A stretch of 30,820 nucleotides of DNA from positions 1-30,820 of IMG/VR virus record IMGVR_UViG_3300032073_000145; one strand, written 5' to 3'. This stretch comes from a virus. Lineage: Duplodnaviria; Caudoviricetes. The notes beneath the pieces were generated by a model, which was given only the letters and a program-made list of their open reading frames with translations, was not told where the DNA came from and ran no database searches. Position numbers and translations under genes: made by a program. Below, piece by piece: positions 11,401 through 20,376 of this stretch (position 1 is the stretch's first letter; every line of letters starts with the position of its first letter).

Positions 11401-12360
11401 GCAGCAGGCTTCTTTGGTGGTAGTGATGATTTGATTGAAGTTTCTATTGCACACCCATATTTAAAAAATTATGCTGCTTATAAATCTGTATATGAATCTT
11501 TAACTGGAGATACTACAACATTACCAGCCCCAGGCACTGGTGCGGTTGATTGTACAACGGCTATTGGTGCAGGTACAGGAAATGGTACAGCTGCTGTCTT
11601 ATTTAGGAATTCTAAATTTTCACCTTTAAAGGTTGATGATACTTATGGTGAAAGCCAAGGAATATATTTAAATGAAAACATTACTGATTTATTTGCATTA
11701 ACACCCGCAGGAGGTGGAACATTAAATCCTACTTTTGATAGTGGTCAAACATTACAAGCTAGTCCATCTTTAAGTGGAGCTAACTTAGCTGTTCTTTGGG
11801 ATACTACACAAGCAGGTTATGTTAATTATAGCCGAAATGCTAAAACGTCTTTTGATAGTTTTGACCAATATCTATTAGGTGAACAGTCTTGTGGTTCATA
11901 TTTATTTGTTTCTGCTGATGATCATGAAAATATTCAAGTAGAAGGTGATTCAACGCAATCATATGAATTTGTTCAATTTGGTCAACAAAATTCATTAAAC
12001 ATTCCATTAGTATTTCAATATAGAATGACTGATTATTTTGGTTTAACTACAGGTAGTGGTTTAGGTAATGTTGCTGGTGATGATTCAGGATCAACGGTTA
12101 ATCTAACTTATTCCAAAAAAATAGGATTTGATATTTATCCTAATAATTCTGATGTCGTACAATTTGATATTGAAGTATTTGCTAAATATCGTTCTGATAG
12201 GTTAAGTATTGATAATTTCCCTAAAGCAACAGTAACTAAAGGATTAAATGATTTGGAAAAAGTAGTGGCTGGATTAAGACCTTCATTGAATCAAGTAGCG
12301 GTAGATAGATTTACTCAACTTACCAATGTTGACGGTGGACAAGGACCACTAACTCTGTAA
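8479..12360 (+). CDS. Large virion structural protein, 1293 aa, with coiled coils and an FN3-like segment
   Basis: Coiled coil LKDLNNQKNTNQAQLTELDTAISQ; FN3-like VEIQVKSISEAGWPSNPLESEWS; tail-module context. Confidence 0.55.
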   Translation: MAENNSIQTMLPELLRLFNNSLESFEKVNQAITSSRESVTVNIQNQNGTNSRVTIPSFGFLKNSVDRLQSNINTITNFNGSDSSIRLPDGTFRKLVLAKLPTEAADLTAMTSVNEFNVKPNWFFEELINPLLFVSFDITGQAPIDTERCIVKRFILDTNTQSKTNFFDSSYNGAADINYDTFLQQIVEKNISYVLDEAVVDLPPRELRYSGMFSVTRISEESVTETVNGVNQTTTQKVYKLNKIFYTDSEADFDDTVQLKVGDSLEVVSSPIDTRYTVSRIDSSTNSIIVKLQEGSKTISIGADVLKIGSSLNDELNVDVTVGFGERCVTFIKPIDPNSKIPAVNWSPGSGFYTNDLNTIDAAGNQQTLADYYQQSAIDFGRYLLSFAQDKIPTSREGLIPNAPTLSADNFSVSLINGQVSNSDAIVQLKDLNNQKNTNQAQLTELDTAISQSRTKIQTTNYSTEVERDADKNALQGLITERASTSKLYASVVTEIDASAQDNSINSITPKYRVRGFWAMPQEKSAPSTGVQDIVKFKYRYRYLSADGAANPVDQFTFVDGNGTSQGAFSNYAQVDSVLRPRVRNPLTGLYEWAPIDDDNADSININQLDIPIRKGEQVEIQVKSISEAGWPSNPLESEWSDAIRVEFPADLSSDNAVESILAQNQEDLAKVTLQEELEGIGLYTHLSSSFTANETYFAHSTPVIASGFLSENQTPIDLFTKLTEMQNQLDLFAEILSNAQGEMVTTLIDDQGNTTRLARNSTTKIFAGFYSQEVDGLDDPRGAVITKTYFINIGNKSQTTLQLVARITGNRKRMVRQSENPADVAVPGTPNLNNGTTILPATYSWLDNSAANQSNSRATFRGDDVDYNTIRKYDLTPLLLTNPTVTSTTRYGQTVSLAPYQSTQNKNQFIYSRFSDVSSDNNFYSYVNPAGDYTFNLDTLENFYTRTTDSGVATPTTQFIWSGGFTAGGAPTTAAGFFGGSDDLIEVSIAHPYLKNYAAYKSVYESLTGDTTTLPAPGTGAVDCTTAIGAGTGNGTAAVLFRNSKFSPLKVDDTYGESQGIYLNENITDLFALTPAGGGTLNPTFDSGQTLQASPSLSGANLAVLWDTTQAGYVNYSRNAKTSFDSFDQYLLGEQSCGSYLFVSADDHENIQVEGDSTQSYEFVQFGQQNSLNIPLVFQYRMTDYFGLTTGSGLGNVAGDDSGSTVNLTYSKKIGFDIYPNNSDVVQFDIEVFAKYRSDRLSIDNFPKATVTKGLNDLEKVVAGLRPSLNQVAVDRFTQLTNVDGGQGPLTL

Positions 12361-12390
12361 GTCCAATTTATTTTAACTTTATCTTTAGTG

Positions 12391-12398
12391 AATAAATA
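12391..12398 (+). promoter_or_regulatory. T4-type late promoter candidate AATAAATA
   Basis: Intergenic, 17 nt before ATG 12416. Confidence 0.55.
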
Positions 12399-12415
12399 AA
12401 AAAAGTGAAAGATAA

Positions 12416-15400
12416 ATGGCTGAAAACCTATTTGACAAAGCATCATATAGTTTAATTCGAACTAATCCTAAATTAACAGGTAATGTAAAGGTTGTATCTG
12501 ATGGTACAGATATTTACTTAGAATCGTTTAGTGCCAATACTCGTTTATCTTCTCAGAGATATAAAGCATTTAAAGTTGATGGTACAAATACTTATGATGA
12601 GGATGTTTTTAGATTTTTTAATTCAGGTAAATTTCCTAAGGAAGCAGCATATGAAGTATTCCAAGAATTTGAAAATACTTCAGTTTTAAGTTCTTATGGA
12701 AATCAATATGAAATGTTTTATAGTGCAGGTACTAGATCTGTAGCATCTGAAAGCTATAGCCAAAGCTTAGGTACATTGGCACCGCTATGGTTAAATGAAC
12801 AAATACCTAATTATTTTGTAATTTTTAGATTAGATAATCCTGCAGCGGTTAATAATGTTAATGCAGCGACAGAAAATGCTGGTGCAACTAATGCACAAAC
12901 TTCAGTAAATTTTTCTAAACAAGTTTTAGAAAATTGTACGGCAATTAAAACTTTTGATTTATCTGAAGGTACCAAACTAGGATCTTATATTAGGAATTAT
13001 AGAAATCAAGAAGAATTTCCCGAAGTACCTCTAAATATTAGTTGGAGAAAAGATGAACCTATTTTATGGAATGGTATATCTTATAATAGTGGAGGTTTTA
13101 CAAGTAGCGGTAGTTATTCTTATAATGACTTAGTAGGTAAAGATGCTACAATAATGGAAAATGAATATTTCTTTACACAAGGGTTTCAAAATAATGGTAT
13201 TCTCTTAGCTAATCTTTTAAATTTAGAATTTTTATTTGATGATCCAAAAGCACCAGATTATTCTCTTAATCGTTACTTTGGTATGTATGTAAATGAAGTT
13301 GAAGAAGGTTCATTTGATTTATCAGGTATAGGATTTTTTAAAAATACAGAAAAAACACAATTACCAAAAATAAAAACTATTACCGAAGTATCACAGTTTT
13401 TAAATACCCCATTTGAAATAACTAATGAAGAAGGTATTTTACTTTTCTTAGATCCTGCTAAAACTACAACCATAACAGGTTTACCTACACCTAATAGAGT
13501 AAATGAAGTTGAATCAATTTTTTATGTTAAGGATAAAGAAGATGATTTTCATACTATTAAAAAAGGATCAAAATGGGGAACAGATCAATTAAGATTATTT
13601 GATAAAAAAATTGATATTTCTTTACTAACTGGATATAAGGAACCAGACACTTATGCCAATGCTAATATAATAAGTAGACAAGGTTTGGCACAAATGTCAA
13701 TGAAAGTTATTGGAAATCCTACAGAAACTCCAGCAGCACCTGGTGCTGCATTGGCAGGAGTAGGCCCTTGGCCAATATCAGCAGGACAACAGTCTGTTAG
13801 TGCAGGTAATACTGTTCAATTATATTCCCCATCAGGAAATGTTTTAATTGGTGCAAGAGTAACTTCTCTTTCATCTTCTAATATTATACCTGTTGATACT
13901 TTTATAGAAAGTGTTTCTTATGATTATTCTGGCTTAACTGCCTCCCCAAGCTATCCTGTTATTTTAAACATCACATTAAATAATGATGTTACTTTAGATA
14001 ACAACAGTAATATTCAATTTACTTCACCTACTCCAGTAGTAGAACATATACCTAATGGATCAACAATATATTTTTATGACGGTGTATATTTGACTGGTTT
14101 TATTACAGCAAATACTGCTTTGGCTCCTACACCTGGAAAATCTACTCAAAACTTTTTTAATCCTACTGGTACTGTTCAGGAAGTTGCACAAGCAATAACA
14201 ACTGCAATAAATAAAGGTATTAATGAAAATGATAGATTTTTTGAAGCTTCATATAATGATGATACTGTTTATGTCATATGTAGAAATGGTGGGTCTAGGT
14301 TTAATCAATTAAGTTTTAAATTAGATGTTGCATATCCTACACAATTTGATTCTTTACAGTCACACCCTTTAGCCACACTAACCTCACCTAAACAAAACTT
14401 TATTGGTGGCAATGATACAAAGAATGCCTTATTAAAAGTTAAAAATGGAGGCCAAAAAAGATTCGTAAAAGGTAACTTTGTACAGACAACTGGAGGTTAT
14501 GCTGAAATAGGAGACTGGGTTCCTTATACTGATGAGCCTATATATGATAACTTTAATAATCAAATAGGTTATGAAAATATTGATACTTATGTTATAATTA
14601 CATGTAATGATAATCAAATAGAAGTAAGTCGCTCTAACCAAGTTGCACTCTATTCTGACTATAAACCATCTTTTGGTAGATTTTCATTTTTTGATGTTAG
14701 AGATTTTGATGTAGATTTTTATAGTACTCTTTACAGCGAAGAAGGTGAATTGGTTTTTGAAAAAGCTCAATATAATCAGTCAGTACCAGGTCTTAACGGG
14801 CCAGATTATATAGGAATAAGTTCTACTCCAGAAATTAGAAAATTTTATGATACTGGTGGATTTTTTAATTTAGTGGGACTATTAAAACCATCTTCTCCTG
14901 AGGATGTAGTACAAGATTATATAGCATCTGAATATATTAGATTAGAAGAAAACTTTTTAACTTCACAGGCTGCTATATCAAGAGTCATACCTTATATAAA
15001 TAAATGGTCTTGGGTTAATGATGGTAAAGATGTTAGGAATCATCCTTATAGATTAGATTTAAGTGAAGCCTTTGGATTAAATAATTTTGCGCCATCTAAA
15101 TGGGATAGAGGCCAAGTAGCTAGTGGATATACTCATGAATGGTATTACTTATCGGAATTTCCAACTTACTTTACACAAGATGCAATAAAGAGCTCATGGA
15201 GTTATATTGATAAAGCACCTACTGATGATATACCAGCTGATCCTATAGCTGGGACACCATTAATTCCAGGTACATTCCAAAGAGTAGATAAAAATTATTT
15301 TAATGATTATTTTATTGTTGAAAGATTTACTACAGGAGGTATTGCTGAAATAGATAGGCAATTAAGATATGGTAGATTTAATGGTGGTGATGATAAGAAT

Positions 15401-17452
15401 TTTGCAGAAACTTTTTTGAGAGGTGTTAGAATTATAGCTAAACCTAAAGCAATAGGAACACAAAAACCTGATTTTGATAATGCATCACTATCTTATGTTA
15501 CTAATGGGGAATTTAATGAATATAGGTTCTCAGCTATATTAGTACCTAATTTACCGGATAAGCCTGAAACAGAAATTAAGTTTATTAAGAATGATAAATG
15601 GAAAACTGTTGTTATGTTAATTTCTTTAAAATTTGATGATCCTTGTTTAAATGGTGGTGCTGAAATAATTGATAGAACTTCTTTATATTCAATGGAAAGT
15701 AAATATAAAGTGGATTCTAATTGTGCACCAGTAACTCCAATTCAATATTTAGATAGTACATTACAAGGGGCTATTAGATTTGATAATGCTCAAGTTGTAG
15801 GATCATTCTATCAAATTAATGGTGTACCTGATGTAAATGGAAATCCTACTAGATTCCTTGATGATTTAACCATTGGTTTAGATGGATCCTTTCCTACAAT
15901 TGAATTTGAGGATGGTGGAGCCACTTATCAAATTAGTAATATACAAGAAATAGTTTCACAATCTTCATTAATAGCAGCAACAGTAACTCGTAATGGTGCA
16001 AATTGGTTATTACCTAATATTACCCCAAGTACTTTTAATTTAATAAGATCCAATTATAAAATTTTACAAGGAGGGTTTAATGCATACCAAAATAGATTAA
16101 ACCAAGTTGGTTTTGCTGAAATATTTGAAGCTGTGAACATGGGTAATCCTAACATAGTATACCAAACAATAGACAAAGATGGTAATCAAGTTTTAAACAG
16201 TGATGGTAGTTTATCTCAAACTTTTTCAATTGAACTTAGAGCTCAAGAAGATATACTTAAAGCTGTATATGTAGGAGTTTTACCTGATCCTAATAAACCA
16301 ACAGCATTTAATTTAACTGATGTTATTGGTTATGATCTTTCATTACAAAAAGCACCTAGGCTTACTCCTATAGGTAGGCATGCAGGATATTATCAACCTA
16401 CTGCTTTATCTATATTATCATTTAGGGATCCTTATATGAATATAGATTTTAATGGTGGAGGAAGTACAGGATCTTCTACTGGTAGTTCTACCGGTAGTTC
16501 TACTGGAGGTAGTATAATTAATGATGAAGCTTATAAACTTAAGGTATTAGAATTATGTAAATATAAAAATACTCAATTCTTTAGTTCTGATTCTAATTTT
16601 GGACAATTAAAGAATTTCTTTTACCATAAAGTAAATGAACAAGATCCATCAACTATATTGGAGCTATCAGCAGAAAGTGCATTTCCAAGTTTGTATCCTT
16701 TAATTAATGAGTGGGCTATTGACTATAAAGATTTTTATGCATTTTCTTCTAACTGGGAACCTTCATATTTTATTAAAACTATTGACAAGACTTTAATTGA
16801 AGATGTAATTGGTACAAGATCAATGAAAGAAAAGAAATCATTTTTTGGATCTAAGTCTTTAAAGGTACCAGAGAAAATAATTTTAGAAACATTTACACCT
16901 GATCCTTTTGTTAAGGCTGCTATAAAACAACCGAGTTTAATTGACGGTACCTTTATGTATCAAGATACTCCTTCAGTAACATTTAATCAGAGACAAGTAA
17001 ATACTGTTAATGGAAGAAGTATTCAAGCTATTAAGAAAAGACAATCAGCACCTACTGTATCATTTTATCTTTTTAATCAAAAAAGATTAATAGAATATCT
17101 CTTTCCTCCGATTAAAGAACAATTTGAAAAGTACGTAAAAGACTTATATGGTTGGGGTAATTTGGAAACTTTAGATGATGATGTGAATAGATACATTGAA
17201 GAAAATATATTAAAGCTTTATAAAATTGAAAGAATTGATTTTTATACTTTAGCATCTAGGGATGATCAACCTGATACTTACAGTACTGCACAATTAACAA
17301 ATGAAGCAAAAATTACATCTGGGTTAACTATTAATGAGAATGTATCGTCAAAAACATTAAATACTAATCCATTTGATTTAAGGCTAATATATAATAAAAG
17401 AACAGGTTTCTCTGAATCGTATGGGTTCAGTGTAACTATAGTTAAAAAATAA
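12416..17452 (+). CDS. Giant virion structural protein, 1678 aa (baseplate/tail associated)
   Basis: Uninterrupted 5-kb ORF in the structural operon with a late-promoter-like motif upstream, an internal Pro/Ala-flanked beta module and a GSST linker. Confidence 0.55.
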   Translation: MAENLFDKASYSLIRTNPKLTGNVKVVSDGTDIYLESFSANTRLSSQRYKAFKVDGTNTYDEDVFRFFNSGKFPKEAAYEVFQEFENTSVLSSYGNQYEMFYSAGTRSVASESYSQSLGTLAPLWLNEQIPNYFVIFRLDNPAAVNNVNAATENAGATNAQTSVNFSKQVLENCTAIKTFDLSEGTKLGSYIRNYRNQEEFPEVPLNISWRKDEPILWNGISYNSGGFTSSGSYSYNDLVGKDATIMENEYFFTQGFQNNGILLANLLNLEFLFDDPKAPDYSLNRYFGMYVNEVEEGSFDLSGIGFFKNTEKTQLPKIKTITEVSQFLNTPFEITNEEGILLFLDPAKTTTITGLPTPNRVNEVESIFYVKDKEDDFHTIKKGSKWGTDQLRLFDKKIDISLLTGYKEPDTYANANIISRQGLAQMSMKVIGNPTETPAAPGAALAGVGPWPISAGQQSVSAGNTVQLYSPSGNVLIGARVTSLSSSNIIPVDTFIESVSYDYSGLTASPSYPVILNITLNNDVTLDNNSNIQFTSPTPVVEHIPNGSTIYFYDGVYLTGFITANTALAPTPGKSTQNFFNPTGTVQEVAQAITTAINKGINENDRFFEASYNDDTVYVICRNGGSRFNQLSFKLDVAYPTQFDSLQSHPLATLTSPKQNFIGGNDTKNALLKVKNGGQKRFVKGNFVQTTGGYAEIGDWVPYTDEPIYDNFNNQIGYENIDTYVIITCNDNQIEVSRSNQVALYSDYKPSFGRFSFFDVRDFDVDFYSTLYSEEGELVFEKAQYNQSVPGLNGPDYIGISSTPEIRKFYDTGGFFNLVGLLKPSSPEDVVQDYIASEYIRLEENFLTSQAAISRVIPYINKWSWVNDGKDVRNHPYRLDLSEAFGLNNFAPSKWDRGQVASGYTHEWYYLSEFPTYFTQDAIKSSWSYIDKAPTDDIPADPIAGTPLIPGTFQRVDKNYFNDYFIVERFTTGGIAEIDRQLRYGRFNGGDDKNFAETFLRGVRIIAKPKAIGTQKPDFDNASLSYVTNGEFNEYRFSAILVPNLPDKPETEIKFIKNDKWKTVVMLISLKFDDPCLNGGAEIIDRTSLYSMESKYKVDSNCAPVTPIQYLDSTLQGAIRFDNAQVVGSFYQINGVPDVNGNPTRFLDDLTIGLDGSFPTIEFEDGGATYQISNIQEIVSQSSLIAATVTRNGANWLLPNITPSTFNLIRSNYKILQGGFNAYQNRLNQVGFAEIFEAVNMGNPNIVYQTIDKDGNQVLNSDGSLSQTFSIELRAQEDILKAVYVGVLPDPNKPTAFNLTDVIGYDLSLQKAPRLTPIGRHAGYYQPTALSILSFRDPYMNIDFNGGGSTGSSTGSSTGSSTGGSIINDEAYKLKVLELCKYKNTQFFSSDSNFGQLKNFFYHKVNEQDPSTILELSAESAFPSLYPLINEWAIDYKDFYAFSSNWEPSYFIKTIDKTLIEDVIGTRSMKEKKSFFGSKSLKVPEKIILETFTPDPFVKAAIKQPSLIDGTFMYQDTPSVTFNQRQVNTVNGRSIQAIKKRQSAPTVSFYLFNQKRLIEYLFPPIKEQFEKYVKDLYGWGNLETLDDDVNRYIEENILKLYKIERIDFYTLASRDDQPDTYSTAQLTNEAKITSGLTINENVSSKTLNTNPFDLRLIYNKRTGFSESYGFSVTIVKK
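16454..16513 (+). repeat. Coding 12-bp tandem repeat encoding GGGSTGSSTGSSTGSSTGGS linker
   Basis: ggatcttctact ggtagttctacc ggtagttctact units are visible in the sequence. Confidence 0.85.
17386..17393 (+). promoter_or_regulatory. Late promoter candidate AATATATA
   Basis: About 68 nt upstream of the collagen fibre gene, inside the upstream CDS. Confidence 0.35.
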
Positions 17453-17461
17453 CAAAAAGAA

Positions 17462-20137
17462 ATGCCAATTACTATACAAGAAATTATAGCATCGGATACT
17501 ATTTCACAGTTAGTTGATAAAACAAATTTTAATTTTGATCAACTATTACTGAACGGTGGTGGGCCTGCTGGTCCTAAAGGTCCTGCTGGTCCGATTGGGC
17601 CTGCTGGTGGAAGAGGACCAAAAGGTAGTACTTGGTATGAAGATACTACTCCATTTGCTACTCCTCCTGTTGGTGTTAGCCCTAATGTTAGCCCACCTAC
17701 TCCTAATCCTTTAGAAGGAGATTATTATTTACAGGCTAATGGTCAAGTATGGGAATATAATGGCACTACCTGGGTTGTAACTCAAGTAGATTTACAAGGT
17801 CCTACTGGCGCCGCAGGTTTATCTGGTGGATTTGGATCTTATTTTGGGCAAGGGTCTTTAAATAATTTTAATACAACATTAGCTACACCTAAAGGTATAG
17901 GTGGTACCGGTGCAACTGGAATTAACCAAGGTATACTTACAGTTTTAGTAGGTGGTGCAGCAAGCAATACTTCTACAGCTGACTCAGGACAGGCTTTAAC
18001 ATCTGAGTATCAATTAACTGATACGCTTGCTCTTTCTATGGCATCTGATGTTGTTTCATTAATGGTTCATCAAAAAAATACTTCAAGTAGAGCAATAGTT
18101 CTTCATGGTGGTGCTGATGCTACTAATAGTGAATTAATGGAGCAAAATAATTTAGGTAATTTAAGTGCTATTAAATTAGGAATAGATGATAGAATGGTTA
18201 TTGAAATTCCTAAGCCTGCTACTAACCCTTCATCTAATACCGATGTTATAGGTTTTCAAGTAGATACTGGTGTAGGAGGTAGAGGTGTAGATATTTTCTC
18301 TGGTGGTCAAGTAACAATCTCAAGTGGAAATAATTCAGCACCATATTCTTTTGCAGGAGAAAATCAAAATATTGAAATAAACATAGGAACCGGTGCAACA
18401 GGATCTCCTGCTACCGGAAATAAGTTTAGATTGGTTGGAAATGGTACTCAAGGTTCAGGTATTTTTGAATTAGGTAATAGTGTTACATTACCTTCACTGA
18501 CTTTACCGGTCGCCGGTAGTACAGTTACCGCTAATTCTGTTTTACAGGCTAGTAATATTATGCTTACTACTGATGTTACAGGTAAAATTCTTGGTATTGC
18601 TGGTGGAGGTATTAGTTTATCAAACGGAAATAATGGTACAGGGAATATTGATTTAAATGCTGCTGTTGGTGGGTTACAATTAAATTCAACTGGAAACGTA
18701 TCGTTAGTACATAAAGGTGCTGCGAATCCTGGTTTGGTAACTATTCTTAATGAATATACTGGAGCTAATAATGCTACTGGACAGGTTTTCATATTGACTC
18801 ATAAAGATATTTCATTAAGAAACGCAGCCCTTAACGCTCAACAAGCACCAAGTATTGTATTAAATTATACTAATGCAACTGCATCACATACAAGATTTAG
18901 AGGAATTAACACTTGGGCAAAGACAGACCCTCTCGGAACTGGTCAGGGTCCTATTTTAAGCGCAGGTGGTGGTTCAATATATCAATTTAATAATGTGGAT
19001 GATGTATTAACACAAGCTTTAGGTGAATCTTTTAGAAGAGTTGGTAGTAAAGATACTATTGATTTTTTACCAGGAGGATCTCTTGAACAATGGATGTTAG
19101 GAAAAGGTACACTCTCACAGGTTACAGGAAATCAGATTTCTATTAGTGTTGGTGACGAAAGCTCAACTAATCCAGTACCAACAACATATAGCCCATCTAC
19201 AGGTTCAAGTGGAAACGTTGGAGCTTATGATCCATCTTTTGATTCTAGTTTAGGTATAGAGGTTAGAACTAGTGATGGTCTACCAGGTGGAGTTAGACAA
19301 TTCTTTAATGCTAATGCACAGAAAATATCAATAGCCGCACCTTTAGTTTTTAAGAGAAGTCAAGACAGAAATGCCAATGGTAATAAGACACCTATTTATG
19401 ATTCTCCGGACTATCTAAATGAGGTAACACAGGGACCTCCTTATGGTGGACAAGGTAATTATTCATCTTTTGGTTTTGATTTTATGAGTAATATAAGTTA
19501 TGCTTCTACTGCTCAATTAACATCCGGTATGCCGACTACTGCTGATCTTGCAAAAGCCCCATTGATATTTTTAAGATTTGGTTTCGGTGTAGGACAGAGG
19601 TCGACAAGTGTAGCTAGGCCAGCAGTTGGAGGACAAATATTTGTTGATGCTTATGATAATAGTTTTAAATTTCCACTTGGTGCATATCCAGGACAAAAAA
19701 TAGTAGTAGTTATAGAAAATTATTCTACACAAGGACAGTATATGAACGCACCAGCTCTAGGAGGAGGAACTTTGACCTTTAGGAATTATGGTACAGTAAG
19801 AATTAATTTCCCACAGAACCGAAAATGGTTTCCATCTGGAGGAAATTGGAGTGATTGGTATGAAAATGGCTCGGCTGCAACAAATGGACTTTATACACCA
19901 GATGGTACAAGAGGATATAAACAAGTAACACTAGGAACTAATAGTGTTGATGCTAATGGTAGTAGAATGAGAAGAAAGGTTGTTGAATTGATATGGAACG
20001 GTAATATCACTAACTCATTTGCAAGGTATCAATCTATGGGTAATCCAAACGGAAGTAAAATCTATAACCAAAGTGGGTGGATGATCGCTAATGGTAGCAG
20101 CTTAGATAGAAATGAATTAAATGTAAACGCTTTTTAA
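17462..20137 (+). CDS. Collagen-like tail fibre protein
   Basis: Anchor IIASDTISQLVDKTNFNFDQL; seven Gly-X-Y triplets GPAGPKGPAGPIGPAGGRGPKG; knob motif GDYYLQANGQVWEYNGTTW...LQGPTG; long Gly/Ser/Thr/Asn-rich beta region. Confidence 0.75.
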   Translation: MPITIQEIIASDTISQLVDKTNFNFDQLLLNGGGPAGPKGPAGPIGPAGGRGPKGSTWYEDTTPFATPPVGVSPNVSPPTPNPLEGDYYLQANGQVWEYNGTTWVVTQVDLQGPTGAAGLSGGFGSYFGQGSLNNFNTTLATPKGIGGTGATGINQGILTVLVGGAASNTSTADSGQALTSEYQLTDTLALSMASDVVSLMVHQKNTSSRAIVLHGGADATNSELMEQNNLGNLSAIKLGIDDRMVIEIPKPATNPSSNTDVIGFQVDTGVGGRGVDIFSGGQVTISSGNNSAPYSFAGENQNIEINIGTGATGSPATGNKFRLVGNGTQGSGIFELGNSVTLPSLTLPVAGSTVTANSVLQASNIMLTTDVTGKILGIAGGGISLSNGNNGTGNIDLNAAVGGLQLNSTGNVSLVHKGAANPGLVTILNEYTGANNATGQVFILTHKDISLRNAALNAQQAPSIVLNYTNATASHTRFRGINTWAKTDPLGTGQGPILSAGGGSIYQFNNVDDVLTQALGESFRRVGSKDTIDFLPGGSLEQWMLGKGTLSQVTGNQISISVGDESSTNPVPTTYSPSTGSSGNVGAYDPSFDSSLGIEVRTSDGLPGGVRQFFNANAQKISIAAPLVFKRSQDRNANGNKTPIYDSPDYLNEVTQGPPYGGQGNYSSFGFDFMSNISYASTAQLTSGMPTTADLAKAPLIFLRFGFGVGQRSTSVARPAVGGQIFVDAYDNSFKFPLGAYPGQKIVVVIENYSTQGQYMNAPALGGGTLTFRNYGTVRINFPQNRKWFPSGGNWSDWYENGSAATNGLYTPDGTRGYKQVTLGTNSVDANGSRMRRKVVELIWNGNITNSFARYQSMGNPNGSKIYNQSGWMIANGSSLDRNELNVNAF
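17561..17626 (+). repeat. Collagen Gly-X-Y repeat (7 triplets)
   Basis: gggcctgctggtcctaaaggtcctgctggtccgattgggcctgctggt...; translates to GPA GPK GPA GPI GPA GGR GPK G. Confidence 0.9.
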
Positions 20138-20139
20138 AA

Positions 20140-20376
20140 ATGACAAAAAAAGAAATAAAAGAACTAAATGAATATGTAAGTAGATATAGAGAAATTCAAC
20201 TTTCTTTAGATCTTATGCAAAAAAGTATTGAAAGTTTAGCAAAGAAAAGAGATGGTCTGTTTGAAGAAGTAGACTCCATGAAACTTAAAGAAAAAAAGTT
20301 TATGGATAAAATAGTAAAAAAATATGGAGCATCAGAAGTTACTCCTAATAAATTGCTTCAGTATATAAAGGAATGA
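20140..20376 (+). CDS. Small coiled-coil protein (78 aa)
   Basis: Heptad pattern YREIQLSLDLMQKSIESLAKKRDGLFEEV; ATGA overlap with the next gene. Confidence 0.65.
   Translation: MTKKEIKELNEYVSRYREIQLSLDLMQKSIESLAKKRDGLFEEVDSMKLKEKKFMDKIVKKYGASEVTPNKLLQYIKE

Noticed and set aside
17462-20137. Diversity-generating retroelement target or invertible fibre cassette
   Set aside because: No reverse transcriptase, recombinase or duplicated template region seen in the window.
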